DNA from: Octopus vulgaris | Taxonomy: Eukaryota | DNA: 64,000 bases | Reading direction: 5' to 3' | Assembly: GCA_951406725.2 (NCBI GenBank) | Contig: OX597820.1 | Coordinates: 59,954,001-60,018,000, forward strand | Part shown: one piece after another, positions 13,061-31,130 of the stretch | How positions within the stretch are numbered: the first letter of the stretch is position 1 | Layout: each line of letters opens with the position of its first letter | Position numbers and translations under genes: made by a program | Notes under the pieces: model-generated | Seen by the model: the letters and a program-made list of their open reading frames with translations, nothing else | The model's database searches: none | Told to the model about the DNA's origin: nothing

Positions 13061-13606
13061 GGAGCCCTATTCCCGTATGTCACCTACCTACAGCTCTCCT
13101 TTTCAGAAAAATAGGTGCTTAATTTCAGCAAGAAACTTAGTGTCTAACACATAAATATCCGGCAAAACTATCCACCTATGGACCTCATCCAGCTTTCATC
13201 CCTTGTGTCGGAAGTTTCTGGTCAGTACATCACAATGTGACGTGTGCAGATGCTTACAGATCTGATCCACGTTCTGTCATCTCTGGAATGCTTCAAAAGT
13301 ATTCAGTTATATCCCATTATTTCTGTAAGTTGAAGATATGTTAGCAGTCTCCTCTAACTCTCACTCCTATTCTGATGATACCGTTTTTCACGCCTCTTTA
13401 ATTTCCTGTACACAGGTGTCATCCACAAGCAGCCTAAATCACTTCACGCAAGACCTGCATTGTATCCATAAAGGCAAGCTTCGAAAACGTCCTACAATAG
13501 AGGCATGTCTATATTGTCTCTTTGAAGAGTTCAAAGACACATTTACAGCGCAGATCAAGAAAACAATCTTTGCAACACATCATTAATACACTCAGAAAGT
13601 ATGTGT

Positions 13607-14350
13607 CATTATTCAGTTTTATTTCGAGATTCCTTGCCAATAAAGAAAGAGCTGGTTTCTAACCTACATTCCAAGGCTCCTTCATTGGAATTTCAACATC
13701 AGCAACGGGGTATGTATGTATGTATGTATGTATGTATGTATGTATGTATGTATGTATGTATGTATGTATGTATGTATGTATGTATGTATGTATGTATGTA
13801 TATGTGCAGATTTGTATGTTTTGTTTTATGTATGTATTCTCATGCATATAGTTGCATATCTAGACAAGCTCATATATATCTAAATTGTAAACTTCTGGAA
13901 ATTTTACAGATCTTTACAGTTCCAGTGATGGGTTGGTTCTGTAATTTTCGAATTAGCTTTCTCCTTTCTGGTTTTGAGAAGCCTAATTTCTCAAGAATGG
14001 TATTTAGTCAGTGTGTTACATATCCCAGAGCCCCAATAATTACAGGTATGAATCTGAACTTGTAATCCGGATAGAGTAACTGCATATTTCTCGATAGTTC
14101 AGCATAGATATTCTCTTTTTTACTGATCTTCAGCTTCATGTTAACATCCACTGGGCAGCTAATTTCCTCATCTGTACACAGTTTATCATCTCTATCCCAA
14201 ATCATAATATCAGGCCTGTTGTGCTTACGTTTTACTGAGGTCTTCACTGGCACATTCCACTAGTACTCCTTTTTATTATGAGTGGCTATGGCTTCTACCA
14301 TACTGTGGGTTATTTCTTTGTCCTCGGGGTTATCCTTCCGACAGATATCA
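13607..14350 (-). mobile_element. R4/Dong-like non-LTR retrotransposon, 3' fragment (REL endonuclease)
   Basis: [33 protein letters not shown] (PD-(D/E)xK REL domain); 3'UTR contains (CATA)n. Confidence 0.8.
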
Positions 14351-14582
14351 TGTATGTATGTATGTATGTATGTATGTATGTATGTATGTATGTATGTATG
14401 TATGTATGTATGCATACATAGTGCCTTCGGAACGCGGAGTAGATGAAACAGAGACAACTGATGAAGGGAAATATTCTTTATGCTGCATGTCTCGTTTCTC
14501 TGTTGTTTTTTTCATTGTTCGAAAAAAGTTCGTTTTCTATGTTTTTGTTTTTGTTTTCGTTTCTCATTGTGTTCAACTTTTT

Positions 14583-14658
<76 letters not shown>

Positions 14659-14714
14659 ATATATATATATATACACACATATATATATATATACATATAT
14701 ATATACATATATAC

Positions 14715-14761
<47 letters not shown>

Positions 14762-14783
14762 CATACATACATACATACATACA

Positions 14784-14817
<34 letters not shown>

Positions 14818-14835
14818 CATACATGTGTGTGTGTG
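14350..14835. repeat. (TATG)n/(TA)n/(TACA)n microsatellites around a short unique fragment
   Basis: Direct reading. Confidence 0.9.
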
Positions 14836-15429
14836 TTCGTCCGTGGAAGTGACGGGAGTAGTTTGGTCATCCTCAAAGATGACTGGTGACTTGCAGGGTC
14901 ACTGTTTAAAGTGAAGAGATGCGTACCGCCAACTGCATTCTCTCGTCCGTAATTATCTTCAATCCATTGGTAAGACCAACTCAAGACGACTGGCGATGGA
15001 GACGGATGACCAAGATATCTTACTTGCCTCATCTTGCTCTCTGCACTCCACTTACTTTGCTGCACCCATTTTCCCCTCGGATGAACCATGAAAGTTTCTT
15101 CCATAAAGCCTGCTGGTTCCAATTTTCACATGATAGATAGGTAGGCAAGCCCTAATATGCTAATTAACCCATTAATTAGTGGCCGTCTCTAGGAGAAGGC
15201 CACTCTGATATAAAAATACAGGGAATGGCATTGGACTTTTTGGGGACCTTTGGTTTGTGCTAGAGATCATGGCGCTCCCACATCCCTGAGCCTGCAACTC
15301 ATATTGGCACCCGACATCTTGCTCTGGCTTGTCTCTGGATAATGTCAATAAAGTGGAGAGGGTCTATGAGGTGTCATGCAAACCTTATTGGACCTAAAAT
15401 TCTGCATAGGCATTGCTGACCTCTGTATA

Positions 15430-17006
15430 TGTATGTAAATGGGCATGGAATTTGGCCAAAAGAAAGAACGAGGAAAGTCAGTCCCCCAAACCCCAAACTT
15501 GTGCACCAACGACCTCTCTATCTCCCCTGTTCCACACAAAGAATGTTACAAGTGCCTAGGAATAGACGAAAATGTATCATATGAAGGCACTGTGAATAAA
15601 GATAGAGTGACTCGAGAATATTACACCAGACTTAGGAAAATATGGCAGTCGGAACTCTCCTCTTACAACAAAACAATATCCCACAATGCATTTGCAGTAC
15701 CAGTGCTGATACCAACATTTGGGATACTTGATTGGTCTGTAGAAGAAATTCACTCCATAGATTTAAAAACCCGCAAAATCCTGACAACAACTGGGAACTT
15801 CCACAGAAGCAGTGATGTTGACAGGCTCTACCTAAGAAGAAATGAAGGTGGTAGAGGCCTGAGATCAGTGCAGACGGTTTTCAAATGCCGTATGGTATCA
15901 CTTAGGCAGCACCTGCTAAACAACAGCAGCAAAAATAAATATATTAATGCAGTCCTGAAAAGTGAAGTAAGCAACATTGTACGAGTTGGCAGTGAACTCC
16001 ACAAGAAACACTCTCTTCCTGATGATCTCCCATACAGCCCCAAAATAGCTGGACTCTTTTACCTCAGAGAAGACCTGGAGAGAAAGTACTCAGCATCCAA
16101 AAAAAGACCATGCATGGGTATGTTGCCCGGATGCTTGAAAAAGACAGTAGAATTGATACGAAGCGCAGCCTCTCTTGGACACAAGACCACTACATCACAT
16201 CATACTGTGAATGCTATGTGTTTGCAATCCAGTAACAGGAGATTACCACAAAGTACCTGGTGAACGAGAGAAACAGTGACGCACTTATAATCCCAAGGTG
16301 CAACCGAATGTGTAGGCTATGTTATATTTCTGTGGAAGACATTACGCATGTGATTAGCAGCTGTCCTAAAATGTCGTCACGGTACTATCTTCCTATGCGG
16401 CACGATGTTGTAGCTAAAACAATTTACAATGCCATCCACAAAAATGACTGTCCTGAAATAAACTTAGAAAATTCCTCTGTTATGGAATACATTCATAAAC
16501 ATCAACTCAAGGAATGCTCGTGGAATATTCCCATCAAAATGTCTGTCAAATGCAAGCATAACAGGCTGGATTTTGCTGTTTGGGACAGAGGGGCAAAGGT
16601 ATCTACCATCATAGAGGTTAGCTGCCCTGCAAGTATAAATATCTCTTTGAAAATCAAAGAAAAAGAGGATATCTATGGGCAACTGCTTGGAAACCTCCAG
16701 CTTCTATAACCATACTATGAATTCATATTCATACCAATAATAATTGGAGTACTAGGTTTTGTTAGTAAATGCTTAAAGGAGAATTTGGATAAACTGGGAT
16801 TTTCAGAAAGAGAAACTGACCGGCTGATAAGTACATTACGAATGTAATCTGTGAGTGGAACAGTAAAAATATGCAAGACTTTTCTCAAGTTCAAAATGTG
16901 AATTTGTCTGTGTTAACTACATCCCAAAGATGGAGCCCTGTATCTTTGTTGGAAACCGGTTCCCTCCTCAGTGGAAGATTTATAATAATTAAAAAAATAG
17001 AAGAGG
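15430..17006 (+). mobile_element. R4/Dong-like non-LTR retrotransposon, 5'-truncated
   Basis: RT C-terminus (YKCLGI, SDVDRLYLRRNEGGRGL), zinc knuckle CRLC..EDITHVISSC, RHD motif, REL (HNRLD..IIEVSCP); frameshifts and stops. Confidence 0.85.
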
Positions 17007-17030
17007 CATATACATACATACATATCATAC

Positions 17031-17254
17031 CAGCCTAATTGGAGCAAAGTATGGCCGAACTTGGGATCATGAGAAGAGAGTGGAAAGCCTTAATTCATAC
17101 TCTACAAACGATCACGATATCAGGGATTATAAAAATCTGCAAGACCCTCTCAAGATTTAAAGATGGTGATTAAAACAAGATGCTTTTCTTCACAACCTTG
17201 CTACCAAGTAGGTGACTGATCAAAATTTACTCTGAATTAAAAAGAGAAAGAGAA
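17031..17254 (+). mobile_element. Short 3' fragment of an R4/Dong-like element
   Basis: LQTITISGIIKICKTLSRFK matches the end of the adjacent copy (SVSGTVKICKTFLKFK); flanked by CATA repeats. Confidence 0.65.
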
Positions 17255-17363
17255 TACATACATACATACATGCATGCATACATACATACATACATACATA
17301 CATACATACATACATACATACATACATACATACATACATGATGTTTGCATCATCTTGCTAGAT

Positions 17364-17766
17364 CACAGATTTCCAACCAGTTTGCAGCGGCGCCCTGGGG
17401 TGCCGCGAGAGCGACCGAAGGGTGCTGCGAAATATACATACGTATGTGGAATCATGATTGATCATTTAGAGGTCAAAAATACATTTTGATTACATTTTAA
17501 CAATAAATATTATTGTCATCTTATATTTTGTATTGTTTTCTGCTTTATGCTTATTATATCAACATTAGTGAAATAAAGAAATTCTTTTATTATCAATTCC
17601 AGGGACAGAGTTTTCGTACACAGATGTTATTATCCAGGGACAGAGTTTGTTATATTGATGTAGAATCAAAAAACAACTGTCATATTAGATTTTCTGATAG
17701 GGGTGCCATGGATTTCTGAAAGGCTTGGCAAGGGTGCCTTGAGACAGAAAAGGTTGAGGTACTGTG
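17364..17766. mobile_element. hAT (Buster/Charlie-type) MITE
   Basis: 8-bp TSD tgctagat at 17356-17363 and 17767-17774; imperfect TIRs cacagatttccaacc / ggttgaggtactgtg. Confidence 0.8.
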
Positions 17767-17874
17767 TGCTAGATGATAGCCGTCTCACATTCAGACCAAG
17801 AAATAAAATGATACTGAGACATCCATACATCACTAGATTTAAGTGACAAAAACTTGTACAACGCTTTTGTTATT

Positions 17875-19807
17875 TATGCCATGGGCTAGTCAGGGTCATG
17901 GTTCCACCCCACCCCACCCCCTTTTGATTTGTTGTAATGGGTATTTTCATGTAGCCTGGGTCTAACAAGTCAGAAAATTGATGATGCCAGCAAAAAACTG
18001 TCTTGTTATCATTTCTTCCCGGTAAGAATTTTGCTGTGTTGTTAATTGTTGAATCTCTACTACTGAAAATTTGTCTTTAAACGTTGCTGAACTGTCTTGT
18101 TCTCCGGTTTTACCGGGGAATAATTGGATAATATCTTACCGTTGAACTGTTAGCCATTGTGGCTTTTTATTTACGTGACTATACATAGTCCTGCCAGACT
18201 ATTTTCGTGCAAGAAAGACTTTCTAGTCTTTCAGACGCTCTGTTTTCTCACCACTCAGGATGTGCTTGTCTCCAACACCTCGTCTGTTTCGTTCCACTCC
18301 TTTTACAAAGTCTTCCTTGTACATGTCAGTGCTAAATATGACAGGTGACAGGTGAATATTAGATCCTAACACTTTACGAGATATTTCCCCGAATGTTTGT
18401 GGAATCACACGCAAGCAATGGAACACTGCATTTCCATACTCTATGATGAAGCTCTGTCTTGGATCAGGTAATTGTGCATCATCACACTTGCACATGTTTG
18501 AAACCTTTCGATTTGTCTGTTTTTGCTAAAAAAAATCCATCTGCCAATCTAATGCTGTATGGAATAGAAGTCAATGGGTATGTCAACAGTTTGTCAAGGT
18601 CAAGTTTTCAATCAATCTGTGCTTGAGACTTCACTAATAAGTGAAACGCTATGTTTCCCTGCAGCTTGTACTCGACAACTTTGCTTTGAGAAGTTGAGAG
18701 TTTCACAGACTTGTGCAGGTGTGCCATGGTTTTCAAATTTGGACGTTTAATAGGATCAAAGAAGCCATCCTTCTTCATTGGTCTGTTTTCTATGAAGTCT
18801 TCCTTTGCTAGCCTACCAACAGTCTCAGCGGTGAGGACATCCTTCGCAACTTCTGAAACCGGAGCGCCGGATGATAGATTGCACAACTTTCCATCATCTG
18901 GGATGTTGAAAGGGTTCTTGAAGCACTTGACAGCTGCAATGGTCCTTGAGACAAGTTTCTCGCTGGTCGCAATTTCACAAGGGTGAACATCCTGATGTTG
19001 CAGTCCTTTGTCTTCTTCATCAGACATTCTCGCTAGACAAAATGTAGCCTGAAGGAATTTGGCTCGTTCTTTACCTGGTTTTGTCCATCTTTAATTTCAT
19101 AACGACCCTGTATAACAAACTGCTAGGTCATATTTTGTTTACTTTTGACTTCAACAACCTCTTTAATGAAAATATTTGCATAATTTTATGTTTCATTTTA
19201 TAGATCAACTCAAATATCATCTTCTGTGGTCATTTACAATGATTCAAGGAAGGATTCCAAAGTACCTCTTGCTAGGTTTTGCCTTACGTCTATTCGACAC
19301 ATTCAGCAGTACGTGCAAAACAGTGTGCAAAAGCGCAGAAATATCTCACATTCCACGGGTGAACACTATTTGTTTTCATTTTTTTTAAATTCTAGTATTA
19401 AAAAGCACATGTAAACCTTCCTTTTGGTTAATTTTCAATAAACAAAAAACGTTATATGGTCTTGGTGATAAATAAAACCTGTGAATGTGAGATATAGGTA
19501 AAGGTCAAAGTTCGTAACCTTTTGACCTCTGGTAACCTTTTTACAGAATAAATTTGCCTTTCATTTGCTTGAACTTGTAGATCTTCACCAGGCAATTATT
19601 TTCAGTGGTCATTTGAAATATTTTGGCGAAGATTTGCAAAATTAAAGTTCGTTTGAATTTTCCATACCCCTAATTTTCTGCCTCCAGCAGTAAAAGTGGG
19701 CATAGTCAAAAAGACTACTGGGATATCTTCCACCCCAATTTTTTTGCTGGTAAAAAGTAAATCACAAGGGGTGGGGTGAACCATGACCTTCACTGGCCCT
19801 TGGCCTA
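17875..19807 (-). mobile_element. AcademX-like DNA transposon, internally deleted
   Basis: ~50-bp TIRs (tatgccatgggctagtcagggtcatggttccacccc vs reverse complement of ggggtgaaccatgaccttcactggcccttggccta). Minus-strand ORF pieces FKNPF..NLSSG..FFDPIKR, YPLT.IP.SI..ADG..KTDKSK and XPG/PIN-like IIEYGNA..STDMYK..VK..ERNRRG. Confidence 0.65.
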
Positions 19808-20035
19808 ACTCTCTCGGTTGCCATAGTAAGTTCCAGTGGCAAGCATTAGAAGAAGACTGGTACTCGTTCGACTGCAAATTTTATGTCAGAGTAACTTCCT
19901 CTCAGAAGAGCTGCCTTCCCCCACGGCTTTCTCAAATATAACAAGAGTGTCCTCTACATACATACATACATACATACATACATACATACATACATACATA
20001 CATACATACATACATACATACATACATACATACAT

Positions 20036-20682
20036 TATTATTATGGCTGCCCTCTCGTTATCGGGTATGGCCATTGCACGAAGCTTAACTGTTACTGGTG
20101 CTCTGATTGAATGTGACTTTTTAGCCCAGCTAAAGATCTACAATGTCTTGTACAAAATTGGCAACTAAAACCTTTACTGGTAATAGCCGGCTGTAGTTGT
20201 AACTGGGCTTCATGTACCTTTGCATGTCGTTTAAGTCCTCCTGCCGAATTACACTCTCTTCCACATGCCCGACAGATATGATTAGTATGGCGTGTAACAC
20301 CACCACCAGTGGCCAGGTTGTCACTCATCTGTCTCGTTTTATGACTACGAAGATGACTCTTGAGTCCAGCTTTACTGAGGCAGGGTCTTGCACAGACATT
20401 GCACAGGCATCAAAGGAAGACCCTTCCCTTCTGGACGTGTAACAGCGATGCCCTTCCTGACATCTCTCCTTACTTTCTCATGTGCAACTCGAGATTTCTC
20501 AAAAGTGGCTGTCCCCTCATGCACAATCCTTCTCCACCTGCTACGATCAAAAGCTATGCCTTCCCATGTGTCAGGAGAGATGCAAGTATCTCTTAAGGAA
20601 GCCTTCAGCAAGTCCTTATACCTCTTTTTTTTAGTTTATGTGGAGGTCGTTCTCCTTTAGCTAACTCTCCATAAAAGAGAGA
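20036..20682 (-). mobile_element. RTE (BovB-like) LINE 3' end with C2H2 zinc fingers, inserted in (TACA)n
   Basis: LFYGEL..G.R....KRYKD.LKASL...WE..A.DRSRWR; CRAC..LKRH..H and CQFC..LKSH..H; (ATA)n tail. Confidence 0.85.
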
Positions 20683-20804
20683 CATACATACATACATACG
20701 TACATACATACATACATACATACATACATACATACATGCATACATGCATACATACATACATACATACATACATACATACATACATACATACATACATACA
20801 TACA

Positions 20805-20835
<31 letters not shown>

Positions 20836-21431
20836 TAATTTCCAACCAAATTTTCATACTGAGGTGCCTTCTAACACAATCTACTACTTTCTGAAAAGTT
20901 TGTGCTCCTTCTTATGAAACTCATTTACCTATTATGGCTTCAATGAACCCATTATTACTCATAAAGCATGGGTCAACCCGCGGTTAGACAATGACGAACA
21001 TTTTCAAGTATATGCATATTCATATGTATTTGAAGTTATGTCCGTTATATCTTTTATATTTTAATTTGTTTCGGTTATTGGACCGTGACCATGCTAGATC
21101 ACAGCCTTGAAGTGTTTAATGAAACAAATCGAGCTCAGTACTTTTTTTTAAAACTCTGGTGCTTATTCTATCGAACTCTTTTGTCGAATTGCTATGTTAG
21201 AGAGACATAAAGAAACCAATACCAGCGATGGTAAAGGGAGAACCGATACACACACACACACACACACACATACACATACACATATACACACACACATAAA
21301 AACATATGTGTGTTTGTCAGTGTGTGTGTGTGTGTATGTGCGTGTGTGTGTATGTATGTACATTCTTTCATTCTTTTAAACGCTTCAGCGCAAAGGTTGT
21401 GGCTTTGCTGGAGTACACACACACACATACA

Positions 21432-21575
<144 letters not shown>

Positions 21576-21775
21576 AAGAGAGAGAGGGGCTTCGTTCAGT
21601 TTCCGTCTACCAAATCCGTTCTCAAGGCTTTGGTCGGCCCGAGGCTACAGAGGCTGACGCTTGCCCAAGTTCCTATGCAGTGGGACTGAACCCGGAAGCA
21701 AGCCTCTTACCACCACACAGCATGCGCCTATATATTTATATATAATGTTAGGCCTCGCAGTTAAACTATTGAGGT

Positions 21776-23975
21776 ATCATCATCATCATTGTTCGACCGT
21801 GGTCGAGACAATGGAATTTACTATGTTACGCCAGACTTCACGGTCCATCATAGCATTACGGAGGTCCTGTTGCTGGATGCCTGTATCCCTGGAGATTACA
21901 TCAGGGTAGGAGAGTGTGCGCCCTCTGGTATTGCGAGTAGATGGCTTCCAGAGGAGAAGAGTAGAAATTACTTCTTTTTCAGCTCTACAACAATGTCCAG
22001 CAAACTGGACTCTCCTACCTTTCACAAGAGATGACACAGGTGGTAATTTCCCATATATTTGCATTTTGGTTGGATGGCGCTTCCACGAGAGATTTTGAGC
22101 TCTCATAAGGAGGCGAGTGTAGGTTCCATCCAACCGCCTCTCAAGCTTCTTTGATAACGTCCAGGTTTCTGAGCCATATAGTAGAATTGGTTCGACTGTG
22201 GCTTTGAATATTTCAAGTTTGAAGTCTCTACTTAGATTTGATGACCAGATCTTATGCATGTCATTACAGGCTGACCAGGCCATACCCTTTCTAGTTAGAA
22301 AGTCTTTTCCAGATGATGATATGTATGACCCAAGATATTTATAGTCAGAAACCATATTTAAAGGCGCACTGTTGAGAGTGTGGATGATGCAATCACTGTT
22401 GGACAGGCACTTGTTTATGTATTCAGTTTTGGCCTCATTGAGGTAAAGACCTACACAATTTGAGGCTTGTTCAAGAGATTGTAAAAGAGACTGGGCATTG
22501 GAGAGAGAATCGCTGATAAGAGCGATGTCGTCAGCAAAGTCAGTGTCTGTCAAGTACTCAGCTGGGTGTCTGGAACTTCTTCTTGGTTTTATTTCAAAGC
22601 CCTTGCCAGAGATGGTATCAACTGACATACGTAGCACATAATCAACAACACTGATGAAAAGAAATGGGGCGAGTGTGTCTCCCTGCAGTATTCCGGCTTT
22701 GATTGAGAAAGATGATGTGTCTCCATCAGGGGTTAAGATGGTTGAAGACGTATCTGTGTAGAGGACCTTGATGGCAGAAATAATTTTGTCTGGTATCCCA
22801 TAGGGCTTAAGGATTTCAAACATCTTGTACCTATCTACAGAATCGAATGCTTTAGAAAAGTCTACAAATACCATTGCAAGATCGCGATTAAATGCTTTTG
22901 ATTCTTCAATAAGTCTGCGCAGGCATAGTATCTGGCTCAGCGTTGAGCGCCCATGTCTGAATTCATTTTGGTTCTTTCGGAGCAAAGGTTCAACAAAAAG
23001 GACAAGACGATTTAGGATCAGTTTGTTGTACAGTTTTGCAGCAATTGACATTAGAGATATGCCCCTGTAGTTGGTGACGAGGCACAAATCGCCTTTTTTC
23101 GGTATTGGAATGATTTGAGATTGGTGCCAAATCTTTGGAGCGACAAAGGTGGAAAGTGTGTGGTTGCAGAGGTTGAGCAAAAGTGTGTGAAATCTATCAT
23201 CCTTCCAAATTACAGCCGGGATGTTGTCGGGACCAAATGCTTTCGAGGCTTTTAGTTGCTTGGTGGCTGCTGTTAGTTCAAATATGATAAGAGGGGAGGT
23301 GTTGATGTCCAGCGTGTCTGATATAGGCACACTTGGAAGAGTGGGGTTATCAGGGATTTTGCCATTCTTCCCAAGGAGGTTTTTAAAATGGGTTGACCAA
23401 TTTTCTAAACGCTTCTTAGCTGATCCCCCTTTAATTCTAATTGATGACCCATAATTTTTGCCTGATAGGTCTTTGATGGATTTCCAGGCGAGATGGTGTT
23501 TTTACTAATGTGCTCTTTCGATAGTTTACTAATTTTGCCATTGATAAATTCGACCTCGGCGTTCAAGTAAGCCTCATCAAGATTCTTCCTGGCAGCTATG
23601 AGTTGGATCTTCAGTGACTGGGATGGAGAACGGTGGTAAGCTAGTGATATAGACTTTAGATGGTTTCTGGCTTCGATGACATTTGGGGAATTAGAAGGTT
23701 TGCTCTGGCCCCTACTCTTCCTTTTGGGAAGAGTAGCCAGTGCAACTTCCTCTGTTGATTTGATGAGGCTGCTGTATACTTTCTCAATGTTCTCAGCATC
23801 TATTTCAGAAGTAGACAGAGATTGAAATGTGTTATAGACCGCAATAGTAAATTGTTTGGACATATCGGGGTTAGATAAGACTTCCTCCCAGTCGATCATT
23901 TTGATCGTGTGAGGCTTAGTTTTTTTGGATGAGCGAAGACTAAGCTTAACGGTAGCTGATACAATTCTGTGGTCA
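21776..23975 (-). mobile_element. Young RTE-clade LINE, 5'-truncated
   Basis: 514-aa ORF 21786-23330 with RT motifs (NYRGISL, FVDFSKAFDSV, GILQGDTLAP, DFADD, YKYLG, LLYGSETW); upstream 164-aa ORF separated by a frameshift near 23500; (ATG)n tail. Confidence 0.92.
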
Positions 23976-25069
23976 GAATAATGTGAACTAACTCAACTGG
24001 TTTCATCTTTCTTAGAACGAACGATTGCAGAGAAAGTTATACACAGGCGCAGGCGCGGCTGTGTGGTAAGTAGCTTTGCTTCCCGTGAGGCTTTGAGACT
24101 TCCTATGGTTCTTTGTTGGTGTACCGAAGAAGTCACGTCGTTCGTGAAAAATTGAACTTTTGAGGCTCGACTACAGGTAAGCGTTTGTTGTTGTTTTTTG
24201 TTTTTTTTGAGGGCTTAGTGGAGTTTGTTGTCCTGTATTTAATATTTTTTTGGTGAGTAATAGACTCCACTCTGCTCCAGACATTTGCCTGCCTGTGGCT
24301 GTCTATAAAGACTCACTTTGCAGTGAGAATTGTGTTTTTGAGGAAGCGTAGCCCCTCCGCAAAAATGAATTTCTTTGCGAAAATTGTCTTCGTGCCTGTA
24401 GATTACCAATGAGTACCAAGGCAGGGAGGACTGTTTTTGCAAGGTGGACGTGAGTGTGTTGGCTCTGTCCAATATTGAACTGAAAGAAAAAAAGAACAAC
24501 ATCAGCATAAGACCGTAGAGGTAGGTGGATTTGTTTTCGGTTGAGCTGGGTGTAATTTGTCAAATAGTAATTGTTTGTGTGTTGATAAATTTCGCCCAGC
24601 TCCGTGGTAATTCTGCCTGCTGTCGGGGGCTGCTGTTTGTTGTTTTTTGTGTTGGAAAAAAAAGTGGGGGGTATCTTCGCCCGAACTTACTGGATTTTGC
24701 CATTGAAACTTGTTGAAGTTGGCCAGGAGTACCTGTTGGCCATTGATGTTTGCTGTGTGAACTGTTATTCTTTTCTCTATCCTTCTGTTTTTTTCTTTCT
24801 TTTTGGAGTTGTTTTTGCGTTTCTTTTGAATTTTATTTTAACACGGCAAATGCAAAAAGTGCCTTAGAATGGGAGGTGGTCCCACCTAAGCAATGGATTG
24901 AAAGCCTTGAGAGAAGGACGATGGCACTACGGACCTATTCTAGGTCGCGTGACGCCATTGCCCTCTTCCTGCTGGCGGCGTGTCATTTGCTTGGGGGCTC
25001 CGATAGGGAGGATTGATCTTATAGATTGTGTGTATATTGAATAATTTATTATATATATTTGTTGGTCTT

Positions 25070-25990
25070 GCAATCGAAACGAAACTCGTGGACTAACACA
25101 GACTCGTCCCAACTGCTGTCAGCAAGCACCTGATGCCTGCTTGGATCCCGCTCTTTCGAGACAGATACCTTACGCTGATTTCTGTGTACGCCCCTACCCT
25201 CAGATCTGAAGAATACGTCAAGGCTTTGTTCTACAACCTGCTGGACCGCAACATCCAGACAGTCCCCGCGCATGACAGACTCGTCGTGTTGGAGGACTTT
25301 AACAGCAGAGTTAGCAGTGACCATTGTCTGTGGAAAGGCATTCTCGGTCATCACGGCATTGGGAAATGCAATGCCTATGGCCAGCTCCTTCTGAGCCTTT
25401 GCGTCGAGCACAAACTCGTCATCACTAACTCCCTATTTTATCTCCCTACCCGACAAAAGACGACCAGGAAACACCCACGGTCTCAATACTGGCACATCCT
25501 TGACTACGTTCTGGCAAGATTCAAGGACAGACGAAATGTACGTATCACCCGTTCCATGCCTAGTGCAGATGGCTGCTGGACGGATCACCGCCTTCTTATT
25601 TCTCGCCTTGACATCAAGATCCGCCGTCCATCAAAGCGGGTCTTACTTAGCAAACATCCCTTGCCGACAAACACCGGAACTCACAGGCATCCCAAGACTT
25701 CAGGGACTTCATTGAGAGACACCTGATGGACCTCCCAGAGCCGACCTCCATTGAGGACCAGTCTTCTAGAAGCCATGAGCGCTGCCGCCGAGGAGACGAT
25801 TGGCTTTGCTCAGGAGAAGAACCAAGACTGGTTTGACAAGAATGATGAAACCATCTCCCGTCTTATCGAAGCCAAACGCAGTTCACCTTCGAGAACCATG
25901 CCACTGCGGAGAATAAACAAAAACAAACATCTGCCGAGGAGACTGGATAGAAACTGACGAACTCTGTGCTTGGATACGAGCTGGAGCCGA
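25070..25990 (+). mobile_element. RTE (BovB-like) LINE endonuclease fragment
   Basis: APE motifs ISVYAPT, DFNSRV, GKCN..G.LL, KHPRS..WHILDY, CWTDH; NQDWFD. Confidence 0.88.
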
Positions 25991-26639
25991 CGACGTTGTA
26001 TGTGTGCATACGTTTGTCTGTCTGTGTTTGTCCCTCCACTATTGCTTGTCAACCGATGTTGGTGTGTTTATGTCTCCGTTACTTAGCGGTTCGGCAGAAA
26101 AAAAATCCATAAAATAAGTACTAGGCTGACAAAGAACAAGTCTTGGGGTCGATTTGTTCGACTAAAAGCGGTGCTCCAGCATGGTCGCAGTCAAGTAACG
26201 GAAACAAGTAAAAGAATAAAAGAAAAACAATATGAACAAGTAAACGAGATTGTGAACAGTGCAACTCATGAATGTAATACCACAAGGTTCACGGCCGGAC
26301 ATTATTTACAAGGATAACCAACACAACGTAGATTATGAATAAAAATGAAAACGTAAGTCATATCAGTATTTTAGTCTCACTGTGAAATTTGACCCTCGTG
26401 GTTAATATATACATTTTTAGGTTTGGAATCTTGACAGACCTTTTGAGACATGTGGTACAGTGAACTATTAGCATTGTGAAGAACTGATAAGCAGAGGAGA
26501 GTCCCCCAGATGAGGTAAAACATCTGATCAAGTGACGTCACGATAGCTTTGCTTAGCGTAAAATAGTCACTTGGTTAAGTATGATGATGATAGACGTGAG
26601 GAAATGGGAGAACACCGCCGTGCGTATATACGTAAGAGT

Positions 26640-31130
<4,491 letters not shown>

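Noticed and set aside
14440-14500. CTGATGA motifs here and at 28254, 34212 and 45778 as hammerheads
   Set aside because: No correctly placed GAAA and stem III after a stem II.
24086-25071. Possible solo LTR or exon (contains caggtaag) inserted after a SINE head
   Set aside because: TG..CA ends can be drawn, but there is no TSD, second copy or coding signal.
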